Virus record (IMG/VR): IMGVR_UViG_3300006840_000056 | Location: 1-35,878 of that record | Source of the DNA: a virus | Reading direction: 5' to 3' (one strand) | Length of the DNA: 35,878 bases | Shown here: positions 1-8,307 of the stretch, in pieces | How the letters are laid out: each line of letters opens with the position of its first letter | Numbering within the stretch: the first letter of the stretch is position 1 | Notes under the pieces: generated by a model | Told to the model about the DNA's origin: nothing | Seen by the model: the letters and a program-made list of their open reading frames with translations, nothing else | Database searches by the model: none | Position numbers and translations under genes: made by a program

Positions 1-133
1 CTACTATGGTATCAATGTCAAGTCCGTCAGATGGATATACATTTATATTTTGTACTACTGATTTATTATTTATATTATCAGGCAAGCTGTTGTTAGGTAT
101 TATTCTTCCGCTTTGGCTTGGTACAAATAGTTC
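1..133. repeat. terminal direct repeat, copy 1 (identical to 35746..35878); assembly overlap of a circular or circularly permuted genome
   Basis: Read by eye: ctactatggtatcaatgtcaagtccgtcag...ggtacaaatagttc is identical at both window ends (133 nt). Confidence 0.95.
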
Positions 134-1690
134 CCTGCCGAATTCACCAACTATGTAACTTCTACCCGCCTCTACAAGTCCGCCAGATGCTTTACCACCC
201 CAACTACCACCGCCTCCTCCACCACCTACCTCATCTGACTTTTTCTTAAATATATTTATCTTATCTATTGTTTTGTCAAACCATTCTACAACTTCTTTTA
301 ATTTTATTTTTATTAACTCAAACATTGCTAAAAGTTGCTCAAGCAATGTAAATCCTGTTGTTTTCCTTGATATAAAATCAAAGAAAGTATATAGTAATGC
401 TATTAAACCACCTACAGCAAACCACGGAAGAAGTAAAAGACCTAATGCTGCAAAAGAGCTAATAACACTAGTAATAGCACCTACAAGAGCTGTCCCAAGT
501 CCTATTACTAATTTGCTAACCGCAAATAATAAAGTAGTGCCGAGCATTATCGCCAAATAGTCTGCAGCTGCCCAATTCTTTTCAAACCATTCTTTTACAT
601 TTTTTAATGATTCCCGTAGGTTTAATAACTTATCTACAAATATTTCAACTGTTGGGATTACTTTTTCGGACACAAATTGTAGAAAGTCTTTTGCATAGGG
701 TAATAGTTTTTCACCAATTTCCCTTTGTAGTAATATTATTTCTTCTTTTAGTTTTTCAACTTGCCCACTATATGTTCCTGATTGTTTTGTCATTAGGTCA
801 TAGAACTTACCGCCCTCACCTGTCATTAAACCAAAAGCGTTACTAACATCTTCAAAACCTATTTTACCTTCCTCAACCAACTCCATTATTTTTTCTCTTG
901 AATATTCTATCTTTTGGGTATACCCAGAAGTAACCGGACCTAATTCTTCTAGTTTCTTTTTGTTTCTTTCTATGTCAGAAGCAAGGTTTTTGTAACTAGC
1001 ACTACTATCATTACCCTTTTCTTTCATTTCTTCAAGTCGCCTACTTTGTTTTTCTATTGAGTATGACAGATCATCTATCTTTTTAATAGTTTTACTACTT
1101 GTGGCACCTACCGTCTCAAAAGCACCTGCAGATAGTTTACCTTGATTACCTAATTCAACCAACGTATCTATTAGAGGTACACCTGCTACATTAAAGTCTC
1201 TTAATTCTCTACCCGTTAGTTTACCTTGTGTTCTAACTTGTCCAAAGTTAAGTGATAGTCTCCACAAAGGTACACTTAATCCAGCAGATACATCGCCTAG
1301 CATTTTTAACTCTTTTAACACTTCTTCCGAACTAGAACCCATTGCTAACAACTGTTTTGCGTTTTGCTCTATGTCTTGCAAACCAAATGGTGTGTTTTTT
1401 GCGAAATCTGCTAAGTCTGCTAAAAGTTGGTTGGCTTTTTCTGCCGAACCTAACATTGTGGAAAAAGCTATCTGTGACTGTTCAAACAAGTCAGCCTGTT
1501 TGATAGATTCTTTTGCTATAAGGGAAACACCCGTAGCTACTGCAACGGCAGTAGCAATAGCGACATTTTTTAAGCTTAATAAGCCGTTATTAACATCACT
1601 AACAGAATCGTCTAATTCACGCATCGCCCTCTTAAACTGCGTTGAATCAGCCTTTACTATTGCTACTATGTCACCCATTACGGTTGCCAT
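1..1690 (-). CDS. tail tape measure protein, N-terminal 563 codons (ORF runs off the window start and is completed by 35711..35745)
   Basis: Own translation from ATG 1690 (GAGGA upstream): MATVMGDIVAIVKADSTQFKRAMRELDD...FSTMLGSAEKANQLLADLADFAKNTPFGLQDIEQNAKQLLAMG...GKLTGRELRDFNVAGVPLIDTL. This is a TP901-type tape-measure core with hydrophobic and Gly-rich segments. There is no stop down to position 1. It follows the G/GT chaperone pair. It is absent from the ORF track because no stop lies in the window. Confidence 0.9.
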   Translation of the reverse strand, partial: MATVMGDIVAIVKADSTQFKRAMRELDDSVSDVNNGLLSLKNVAIATAVAVATGVSLIAKESIKQADLFEQSQIAFSTMLGSAEKANQLLADLADFAKNTPFGLQDIEQNAKQLLAMGSSSEEVLKELKMLGDVSAGLSVPLWRLSLNFGQVRTQGKLTGRELRDFNVAGVPLIDTLVELGNQGKLSAGAFETVGATSSKTIKKIDDLSYSIEKQSRRLEEMKEKGNDSSASYKNLASDIERNKKKLEELGPVTSGYTQKIEYSREKIMELVEEGKIGFEDVSNAFGLMTGEGGKFYDLMTKQSGTYSGQVEKLKEEIILLQREIGEKLLPYAKDFLQFVSEKVIPTVEIFVDKLLNLRESLKNVKEWFEKNWAAADYLAIMLGTTLLFAVSKLVIGLGTALVGAITSVISSFAALGLLLLPWFAVGGLIALLYTFFDFISRKTTGFTLLEQLLAMFELIKIKLKEVVEWFDKTIDKINIFKKKSDEVGGGGGGGSWGGKASGGLVEAGRSYIVGEFGRELFVPSQSGRIIPNNSLPDNINNKSVVQNINVYPSDGLDIDTIV

Positions 1691-1732
1691 TTTGCTATCC
1701 TCATTTCTGATATTAACTTTTTAGATGTCATA

Positions 1733-2397
1733 TTATTTTTTATATTTCTTTCTATCCATAAACATTTTCTGTTTTAACCTCTGTAGACCTTCTCGGTCAA
1801 GTTCCGAATTGTCTATACCACGTAACTTGGTTAGTTCTGCCTGTAGTTCTTTAAACAATGCTTTTGGCTCTTTTGTGTGTGGGTTGTGAGCTATTACTAA
1901 GTTCATCATTTGTTCTTCTAACTTTTTATATCTGCCCACCCGCAAGTAAACCTCTACATCTTTAGGGTAGACCTGCTCCTTTACTTGTTTAGGTGACCAA
2001 CCATACATATAACCAAGTTCTGCTATTATTTTTTCAAGCCATTGTTTGTTGTTGGGGCTACTTTCTCTCCTTTCTTTATCGCCCCCAACAATTTTCCCAA
2101 CTCATTAAACTCATTTACTTCAAAAATAGCTTTTACTACTTTGGCAAAATCATTTATCCCGAACTCTTTTTCCATAGTTTCCTTTGGTATACCAGAACCT
2201 AAAGATACAATTTCTAATAATTCCGGTAATGCTTCTTTTAGCATTTTAGGCAGTGCTTGTATCATATTCTTTTCAGATATAGTACCCATAGCTTCTATTT
2301 GTGCAGGTATCTTATCTAAAGCTTCTAACAACTCTGCATATCTACCCAATGCTAACTTTTCTATCTTATATTCTTTGTTGTCAATTTTTACTATCAT
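1733..2397 (-). CDS. tail assembly chaperone, -1 frameshift fusion (gpGT-like; shift at 2092..2098; predicted 221 aa)
   Basis: The -1 frame is open from 2098 to the stop at 1733 and overlaps the end of G. G GGA AAA is phased X XXY YYZ in the G frame. This is the conserved G/GT arrangement upstream of a tape measure gene. Confidence 0.7.
2026..2397 (-). CDS. tail assembly chaperone (gpG-like)
   Basis: 123-aa acidic ORF between the tail tube and tape measure genes. It contains an in-phase slippery heptamer near its 3' end. Confidence 0.85.
   Translation of the reverse strand: MIVKIDNKEYKIEKLALGRYAELLEALDKIPAQIEAMGTISEKNMIQALPKMLKEALPELLEIVSLGSGIPKETMEKEFGINDFAKVVKAIFEVNEFNELGKLLGAIKKGEKVAPTTNNGLKK
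2092..2098 (-). promoter_or_regulatory. programmed -1 ribosomal frameshift slippery heptamer G GGA AAA
   Basis: Minus-strand TTG GGA AAA TTG with codon phase checked from ATG 2397. The heptamer resembles lambda G/GT GGGAAAG. Confidence 0.7.
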
Positions 2398-2431
2398 AGA
2401 CGAACATTGTGCCTGTTTCTAATGTCTATTT

Positions 2432-2938
2432 TTAAGCACTAGAATCACCTATTAACCCAAGCATATCGCCATCAAGTCTTGTTTCGTCAATTATTCCTTC
2501 AAATTCCAACTCAACAACTCTTTCCTCATCAACCTTAAAAGGTATTTGAATACTGTTTACTACTACTGCCTTATAGATAACTACATCTTCCGACAAGTCA
2601 TCATCATCGTTTGCTACTGGGTGTAATACAAGTGTTTCTGCTGCATCTGATAACCTTAAACCAACGTCACCACCTATCTTAATAGATGAAGCCGAATTTT
2701 CCCCTGCTGGTATTGCAATAGCCAAGTTAGCTATTGAAGATTCAGCTAAAGGTACTGTAGCTCTTAACTTTTGCCCAATTAATACTTTTTCTGCTGGTGT
2801 GCTTCCGTATTGGTCTACGGTTATATCGTGGATATCCGGTTCGTAAGTCACGGTAACCCCACCTTTAGTATGACCTAGAGGCACGTTACCAAATGTTACT
2901 GCACAGACACCCATTTTTACATTAGATATGTCACTCAT
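2432..2938 (-). CDS. major tail (tube) protein
   Basis: 168 aa, strong SD (GAAAGGCGGTGAAAATAAATG). The position immediately upstream of the chaperone pair is typical of a siphovirus tail tube gene. Confidence 0.75.
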   Translation of the reverse strand: MSDISNVKMGVCAVTFGNVPLGHTKGGVTVTYEPDIHDITVDQYGSTPAEKVLIGQKLRATVPLAESSIANLAIAIPAGENSASSIKIGGDVGLRLSDAAETLVLHPVANDDDDLSEDVVIYKAVVVNSIQIPFKVDEERVVELEFEGIIDETRLDGDMLGLIGDSSA

Positions 2939-3138
2939 TTATTTTCACCGCCTTTCAAATTAGAACTTAATACTTTTACTAACTCATTTTTGGTTGTCTT
3001 AAAATTAATTATATTCACTTCGTTACATTTAGGGCATTTTATTTCCAATCTCCCCGCATAGATATATTCCATAGCCAACAAGTTACGACACTTGCTACAT
3101 CTAAACTCTCTATAAGGTTTTTCATTTATATATCTCAT
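2935..3138 (-). CDS. Com-like zinc-ribbon protein
   Basis: FRCSKCRNLLAMEYIYAGRLEIKCPKCNEVNII matches the phage Mu Com pattern R-C-x2-C-x2-L-L-x(7-8)-[IL]-E-I-[RK]-C-P-[RK]-C. Its stop overlaps the tail tube ATG (ATGA). Confidence 0.65.
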   Translation of the reverse strand: MRYINEKPYREFRCSKCRNLLAMEYIYAGRLEIKCPKCNEVNIINFKTTKNELVKVLSSNLKGGENK

Positions 3139-3515
3139 CTTCTTATCTTACAAACAAAATTAATACTAAACTCGTGCCTGCCCTTGTCGTCACGTCCTAT
3201 GTGGGCTGGTTCATTAAACAAAAATATGTAATAAAAATATGTACCACCAGTTACAAGTTCAATGTTTTCTTTTTGGTGCAATGCCTCTACTATTTCATCT
3301 ACTATGCTTTGCCCAGCAGAGTAACTTGTGTTTCTTACTAATATTTGAAAAGTTGGATCTGCTGTTGGCAAGTATCTGTCCGGTTCTAATCCTCCTGTAT
3401 CATAAATAACCACCTGATTATTGGGACTTTCCGTCTGTCTTGACTTAAACAAATCAGTACCGGCTGTTAAGCTAGTTTCCTGTCCTATGTATGTATATAT
3501 ATCGTTTATAATCAC
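3135..3515 (-). CDS. tail completion / tail terminator-like protein (minor capsid protein family)
   Basis: 126 aa with a GTG start in a GTGA overlap and GAGGT upstream. Size and position between the gp10-like gene and the tail tube fit this role. Confidence 0.55.
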   Translation of the reverse strand: MIINDIYTYIGQETSLTAGTDLFKSRQTESPNNQVVIYDTGGLEPDRYLPTADPTFQILVRNTSYSAGQSIVDEIVEALHQKENIELVTGGTYFYYIFLFNEPAHIGRDDKGRHEFSINFVCKIRR

Positions 3516-3847
3516 CTTATTACCTCTGCACTAAGCGTTTTTCCAACCAACTTTTCTAGTCGGCTTAAATTATGTTTTATAGGATCTTCTAAGTATTTAC
3601 CTTTCCTACCATTCTTAAAATTGTATTCCGGGTGTTCGTGCAATCGGTGAGCATATTTTGTGTGATAACCAACCTCAACGTGATCAGTAAATGTATCTAC
3701 CCTACCAGAGTTAGCCAAAGTACCTTTATCAAAAGGCACTTCTATATTTGATAGACGCAATATTTCATCTCCAGCCATCTTTTCAGCTTTTTGCTTTGCT
3801 GGATCTATCCTTTTATTTAGTTGTTTTAGTAAGTCAGTAAACAACAT
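3512..3847 (-). CDS. HK97 gp10-like head-tail joining protein
   Basis: Motifs VPFDKGTLANSG...VEVGYHTKYAHRLHE resemble the gp10 family. I take ATG 3847 (AAAGGTGGGAAGCATAATG). The track's GTG 3871 has no SD spacing. Confidence 0.7.
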   Translation of the reverse strand: MLFTDLLKQLNKRIDPAKQKAEKMAGDEILRLSNIEVPFDKGTLANSGRVDTFTDHVEVGYHTKYAHRLHEHPEYNFKNGRKGKYLEDPIKHNLSRLEKLVGKTLSAEVIR

Positions 3848-4014
3848 TATGCTTCCCACCTTTGTACCCACACCTCATAGTGATGAACTTTTGAAATATC
3901 GTCCAACGCTTCTTTTAACGCAATAACCCTGTAATCCTGTCCGTCATAGGTAACCTTTGTACCAACCGTCAACCCTTCGGTTTCTTTATCCATATAAATT
4001 AGTGCGTCAGCCAT
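3847..4014 (-). CDS. head closure / head-tail adaptor-like protein (minimal ATG-initiated version; frame is open up to 4167)
   Basis: Own translation: ...IKVYGTVTRNEYNEESFSGGNDYYGRFQLKNKLFTNEKGEDIMADALIYMDKETEGLTVGTKVTYDGQDYRVIALKEALDDISKVHHYEVWVQRWEA. TAATG overlap with the next gene. The first canonical start is ATG 4014. Confidence 0.5.
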   Translation of the reverse strand: MADALIYMDKETEGLTVGTKVTYDGQDYRVIALKEALDDISKVHHYEVWVQRWEA

Positions 4015-4160
4015 AATGTCTTCGCCTTTTTCGTTGGTAAATAATTTGTTTTTTAGTTGAAATCTGCCGTAATAATCATTTCCACCACTAAAAGATTCCT
4101 CGTTATATTCATTACGAGTTACAGTTCCATAAACCTTAATTATGTGTTTAAGTAAATGTT

Positions 4161-4826
4161 TTATAGCTCAATACGACCCTTTTTATTGTAGATGCCTTTC
4201 AGTAGGTTACGAGCATTTGGGGATATGAAGCGGTTTCTACCGCTTTTAACTTTATAACTGTATCCCTCTAATTGCTCGGAATCGTAGTCTACCGCACCTG
4301 CAAAGTAGTCGTTTCCTTTCTCAATTATATACTCAACTTGTGCTAACGTTGCACGTGTTACCGCTTCCGGTATGCTTTTGTACCATTTACTATCACCACT
4401 TAAAAAAGCGTCCTCATCACGTGGGAACTTTCCAAGTTGCTTGATTACATAAAAAGATGTGTTGTCTGGATTTGTAGTCCAATCAGGGCTTACAGTTATT
4501 TTGTTAGATGATTTACTTGACGATACTATGTTACGGGTTTGTCCGCTACCTGTACCGCCAATTATTTCTACCTGACAATAAGTAAAATAGTCGTCAAAAT
4601 GCACCTTTAATGGTGAATCACTTGACGTATCAATTAAATAATTACTGCCACCCGATGTTGCAAGACCAGAATAAACATCGTCTACGTGCTTCACTTGGAA
4701 ACCAACGTAGGCGTCAACCATTTCCTCTGCGTGGGACATTTGGTCTTCTGCCTCTTTAGCATCAGTTACTTGTATGTTGGAAAACTGTTCTATTTCGTCT
4801 TCCGTTACATATTGCCTTTTAGTCAT
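4161..4826 (-). CDS. head-tail connector protein (gp6-like N-terminus, about twice the usual length)
   Basis: The N-terminus MTKRQYVTEDEIEQFSNIQVTDAKEAEDQMSHAEEMVDAYVG looks like phage gp6-type connectors. It is the first gene of the connector block. Confidence 0.6.
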   Translation of the reverse strand: MTKRQYVTEDEIEQFSNIQVTDAKEAEDQMSHAEEMVDAYVGFQVKHVDDVYSGLATSGGSNYLIDTSSDSPLKVHFDDYFTYCQVEIIGGTGSGQTRNIVSSSKSSNKITVSPDWTTNPDNTSFYVIKQLGKFPRDEDAFLSGDSKWYKSIPEAVTRATLAQVEYIIEKGNDYFAGAVDYDSEQLEGYSYKVKSGRNRFISPNARNLLKGIYNKKGRIEL

Positions 4827-4858
4827 ATATGTTAATTATATCACCTACCTTTCACACA

Positions 4859-6346
4859 TTAAACATCTAAATGCTTGTACCACTTTTCGTCTTGCTTTAC
4901 GCCTATGGTTTTATTATCACGGTTATACCAACCTTTATGCTGTCCTGCGTACCAGCTACCCTTACCAACTATTAATGCACTACGGCTTGATGTTCCTGTG
5001 TTGCCACCAGTTAACTTGGCTGGGCGTGTATCTTGGGCGGTGTCCTTACCTGTTATTTTAGCTGTTCTGGTGTCCTGTGCGGTGTCCTGTGCGGTTAGTT
5101 TGGCATTTCTGGTATCGTTAGCCCCTAATATCCCAACCACTTTAGCCGAACGTACACTATTGGCTAAATCACTACCTTTTATTGTTGCACCCCTATTTGT
5201 GTCACTTGTGTCACAACCAACCAACCTTGCATTACGTATATTAGAAAGTGTTTCTATTCCTTTTAGGGTTGCACTTCGGTAATCATTTGCTGTTTCCTTA
5301 CCAATAATGTGGGCGTTCCTTGTATCTTGGGCGGTGTCGTAACCAGTTACTTTAGCGTTACGATTATCATTAACGGTTGTAGCAACACCTGTTAGCTTGG
5401 CATTTCTGTTATCAATAGATGTTTCCTTACCTGTTATTTTAGCCAGTCGGTAATCGTTAGCTTGGGCAACACCTGTTAGTTTGGCGTTCCTTGAACTATT
5501 AACATCTATACTACCCGTAATGTGGGCTGACCTATTGTCGCTGGTGGTGTCAATACCAGTTAACTTGGCTAACCTAACACTACTACTACCACCCTTAACG
5601 GGTATTTTAGCCATTCTAAAAGACGATGTTGTTTGTTTACCAGTTAGCTTTGCGTCCCTTGTATCGTTTTCATTTATACCGCCTGTTAACTTTGCTGGTC
5701 GGTTGTCGTTTGTAGTGACAACACCTGTTAACTTGGCGTTTCTATAATCATTAGCCAAAGCACTACCTGTTAATTTTGCAGAACGGTTATCATTAGAAGT
5801 ATCCTTACCTTTTAGGTATGCACTTCTTTGGGTGTCAGATACCACCCCACCCGTGATAACGGCTGTACGGGCATTGTAGGCGGTTGTTTTTCCGCTTACT
5901 TTCGCATTTCTTGTTGAAAATGCTGTTTCCTTACCTGTTATTTTAGCTTCCCTGTCATCGTAAGCTGTTTCAACACCTGTTATTTTGGCATTTCTGTCTG
6001 AATTGGCTGTGTCTTTACCAGTTATTTTGGCACTTCGTGTATCGTTTGCAGTATCATATCCTGTTAGTTTTGCGGAACGATAATCAAGGGAAGTGTCTTT
6101 ACCGATTATTTTTGCACCTCTGTAGTCGTTAGTGAGTAAACTACCTGCTATCTTAGCCCCTCTGCTATCGTAAGTTGTGGCAGAACCTGATATTTTTGCA
6201 TTTCTATCAGAATTAATATTTGTGCCTACAGTTTCTTCAGTTAGTACAACATATGCCTCACCGTTTATCCAATATTTAAGACTCCCTAACCCTGTGTCGG
6301 GAAGGACAGGCTCTCCATTGTTCCAATATTTGAGGTTTCCAATCAT
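4859..6346 (-). CDS. repeat protein: 30 tandem 14-residue units (consensus x-D-x-R-x-A-K-[IL]-T-G-x-[DE]-T-x), putative fibre
   Basis: I counted 30 consecutive units from SDRNAKISGSATTY to SSRSALIVGKGSWY. The N-terminus has duplicated LKYW(N/I)NGE motifs. The C-terminus is Trp/Tyr-rich (WYAGQHKGWYNRDNKTIGVKQDEKWYKHLDV). Confidence 0.85.
   Translation of the reverse strand: MIGNLKYWNNGEPVLPDTGLGSLKYWINGEAYVVLTEETVGTNINSDRNAKISGSATTYDSRGAKIAGSLLTNDYRGAKIIGKDTSLDYRSAKLTGYDTANDTRSAKITGKDTANSDRNAKITGVETAYDDREAKITGKETAFSTRNAKVSGKTTAYNARTAVITGGVVSDTQRSAYLKGKDTSNDNRSAKLTGSALANDYRNAKLTGVVTTNDNRPAKLTGGINENDTRDAKLTGKQTTSSFRMAKIPVKGGSSSVRLAKLTGIDTTSDNRSAHITGSIDVNSSRNAKLTGVAQANDYRLAKITGKETSIDNRNAKLTGVATTVNDNRNAKVTGYDTAQDTRNAHIIGKETANDYRSATLKGIETLSNIRNARLVGCDTSDTNRGATIKGSDLANSVRSAKVVGILGANDTRNAKLTAQDTAQDTRTAKITGKDTAQDTRPAKLTGGNTGTSSRSALIVGKGSWYAGQHKGWYNRDNKTIGVKQDEKWYKHLDV
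4946..6211 (-). repeat. 42-bp (14-codon) in-frame tandem repeat array, about 30 diverged copies
   Basis: Periodicity is visible in the protein (R-x-A-K every 14 residues) and in the DNA (recurring ttagc/ttggc...acctgtta strings). Confidence 0.85.
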
Positions 6347-6351
6347 AGTTT

Positions 6352-7836
6352 TTAACTCGCTGAAATATCATCAATAAATACATTCCCCGATGAACCCCTG
6401 CATTTGATACGAAGCTCCAAAATTCCATCCTCTGTTATACTCCCAGAAGACGCCACAATACTTTTCTGTGCATAGGAAGTTGTTGGTGTCCACTCTGTCC
6501 AACCTGTGATTTTTTCTCCCATAAAGTAAATTGCCGCTTGTACATCACCATTAAAAGAAGCATCGTCTTTTATGTAAGCAGATAAGGTTTGAGATACGCC
6601 ACTATCGGCTTTGAAAAAGAACGATTGACTAATATAATAAACTGCTGATGTCGGAGTGTATTTTAGACACTCACCACTTCTGGCGTTTGCTGTATCTCTC
6701 TCTGTTGTTCCGTATTCATAGAAACATTTATTTACTCCCGCTGTTTTGAAGTGCTGACATTTTAGACAAGGGTAGTCTCCGTAGTGCCTTGCAGGAGATA
6801 CATAAACATCTGTTGAGTTTCCTGTTCCTGAATATTTATTTACAATGTTGTTTGGACTGTTGCTTAAATAAATACCCCCACTATTACTATTACAAGTTGG
6901 GGTAGTTATGGTGTTGTTTGAACTGTAGTATAAATCAATACCGTAACTATTACTATTACAGGTTGGAGTAGTTATGGTGTTGTTTGAACTGAGTTCTAAA
7001 TAAATACCGTAACTATTACTATTACAGGTTGGAGTAGTTATGGTGTTGTTTGAACTGTAGTATAAATCAATACCGTAACCATTACTATTACAGGTTGGAG
7101 TAGTTATGGTGTTGTTTGGACTGTTGCTTAAATCAATACCCTCACTATTACTATTACAGGTTGGAGTAGTTATGGTGTTGTTTGGACTGTTGCTTAAATA
7201 AATACCATAGTTATATCTCAAAAAATGACATCGTTCTATTTCAACATAACTTTTGCTACTTAAATAGAGTCCATAACCATACCTATTAGCAAAAGTTGAG
7301 TGCATTTGTCTAAAATAAGTCTGCCCATTTTGTGTAGGACCTGATAAATCCCAACCACCAGATATTTTTAACTTACTTGATGAAGTTCCTGAAGCAGAAA
7401 CTGTTTGAACAGCTGTCCAATTGCTTGCCGCTCCTGTACTTGTTATTCCCAATTTCTGTGAAGAAACTCCGCTTTGTGTAGCCCCAGAATAGTTTTTATA
7501 CAGCGTAGCGTGAGTGCTATCCGTAACTGTTATAACTTCCCACCAATTACCATCTCCTCCTTTTATAAAATCACCCAGTCTTACAGAACCATCGGTCTCA
7601 CCACCAGATACAGCATTAACAAAAATTGCACTTGTAGAAACTACTGCCGTATCATTTTGGGTAAAACTCAAAGTTCCTGCTAAATCAATCGGGGCTGGAC
7701 TTTTGGCGACACGAACCTCATCACCACCTGTTAAACCAGTTGACGCTTTAGTTATTGTTTTATAAGGGTTTCCAGCAGAACCATCTCCTGTATCATCGTG
7801 TCCATTTATGTAATCACAATATTTTATATATGCCAT
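6352..7836 (-). CDS. right-handed parallel beta-helix repeat protein with a C-terminal jelly-roll/CBM-like domain (depolymerase-like)
   Basis: The N-terminus DGSAGNPYKTITKASTGLTGGDEVRVAKS is the typical pectate-lyase-fold entry motif. It has 5.5 near-identical 22-aa coils (LSNSPNNTITTPTCNSNSYGID). The C-terminus ends ...GNVFIDDISAS. Confidence 0.8.
   Translation of the reverse strand: MAYIKYCDYINGHDDTGDGSAGNPYKTITKASTGLTGGDEVRVAKSPAPIDLAGTLSFTQNDTAVVSTSAIFVNAVSGGETDGSVRLGDFIKGGDGNWWEVITVTDSTHATLYKNYSGATQSGVSSQKLGITSTGAASNWTAVQTVSASGTSSSKLKISGGWDLSGPTQNGQTYFRQMHSTFANRYGYGLYLSSKSYVEIERCHFLRYNYGIYLSNSPNNTITTPTCNSNSEGIDLSNSPNNTITTPTCNSNGYGIDLYYSSNNTITTPTCNSNSYGIYLELSSNNTITTPTCNSNSYGIDLYYSSNNTITTPTCNSNSGGIYLSNSPNNIVNKYSGTGNSTDVYVSPARHYGDYPCLKCQHFKTAGVNKCFYEYGTTERDTANARSGECLKYTPTSAVYYISQSFFFKADSGVSQTLSAYIKDDASFNGDVQAAIYFMGEKITGWTEWTPTTSYAQKSIVASSGSITEDGILELRIKCRGSSGNVFIDDISAS
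6838..7197 (-). repeat. 66-bp in-frame tandem repeat, about 5.5 near-identical copies
   Basis: ggttggagtagttatggtgttgtttga/gactg... recurs every 66 nt and encodes the 22-residue beta-helix coils. Confidence 0.9.
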
Positions 7837-7837
7837 A

Positions 7838-8254
7838 TTATTTTACCTCCGTAGAAGTGTTAACTAAACACCAGCAATTACTCGGATTATTTTCATCTAC
7901 CCAAAGTTGTAGTCTGTAGTTGGGATAAATTGCCTCAATGAAGACAAATAGTTCTTCGTGTTTTTCGCCGCTGTTATCCTTAACGTCATAACCAATATGA
8001 TGACCAAAGTTAAACCCAATAGGTTTTTCAACGTCATAAAACGCCTTAAATCGTGGTCTTTTTCCACCACTTGGTAAATTAAATGTCCTGTTACCGCTGG
8101 TTAAGAGTGAAAGGGAAGTAATTTCCAAATTATTTTCTTGTACGTATTTTAACAACTTTTGCCACGCCGATGACTCAACGTCGCTTACAAAGTCGTTGTC
8201 TTCTAATATCTGTTGCCCGTTTGATAGAGCAACCTGCCATTTTATAGATTTCAT
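7838..8254 (-). CDS. hypothetical protein
   Basis: 138-aa ORF with an ATG start, tightly packed with its neighbours. No motif recognised. Confidence 0.6.
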   Translation of the reverse strand: MKSIKWQVALSNGQQILEDNDFVSDVESSAWQKLLKYVQENNLEITSLSLLTSGNRTFNLPSGGKRPRFKAFYDVEKPIGFNFGHHIGYDVKDNSGEKHEELFVFIEAIYPNYRLQLWVDENNPSNCWCLVNTSTEVK

Positions 8255-8307
8255 AAAAGCCCCCTATAAAACAAATACTTGGTATCGCTTAATCCCAAGC
8301 CATATTA

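Noticed and set aside
273-1724. Plus-strand ORFs 273..560, 607..846 and 1371..1724 in the supplied track
   Set aside because: They lie antisense to the continuous, motif-rich tape measure reading frame (1..1690, minus). They have no SD, and their Leu/Ser/Phe-rich low-complexity composition is typical of shadow ORFs.
2029-2035. G AAA AAA run at the very end of gene G as the frameshift site
   Set aside because: Slippage there is possible, but the heptamer is not fully canonical because the first base is G. The in-phase GGGAAAA at 2092..2098, sitting right where the -1 frame opens, is the better candidate.
4161-4170. -1 frameshift from the connector gene (4161..4826) into the startless head-closure frame
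   Set aside because: The target frame has a TGA at 4168..4170, leaving only GAG CTA TAA for slippage. That sequence contains no X XXY YYZ heptamer.
6838-7197. Regularly spaced 66-bp repeats that could be mistaken for a CRISPR array
   Set aside because: The repeats are contiguous with no unique spacers. They are in frame within a long ORF and encode beta-helix coils. No cas genes are present.
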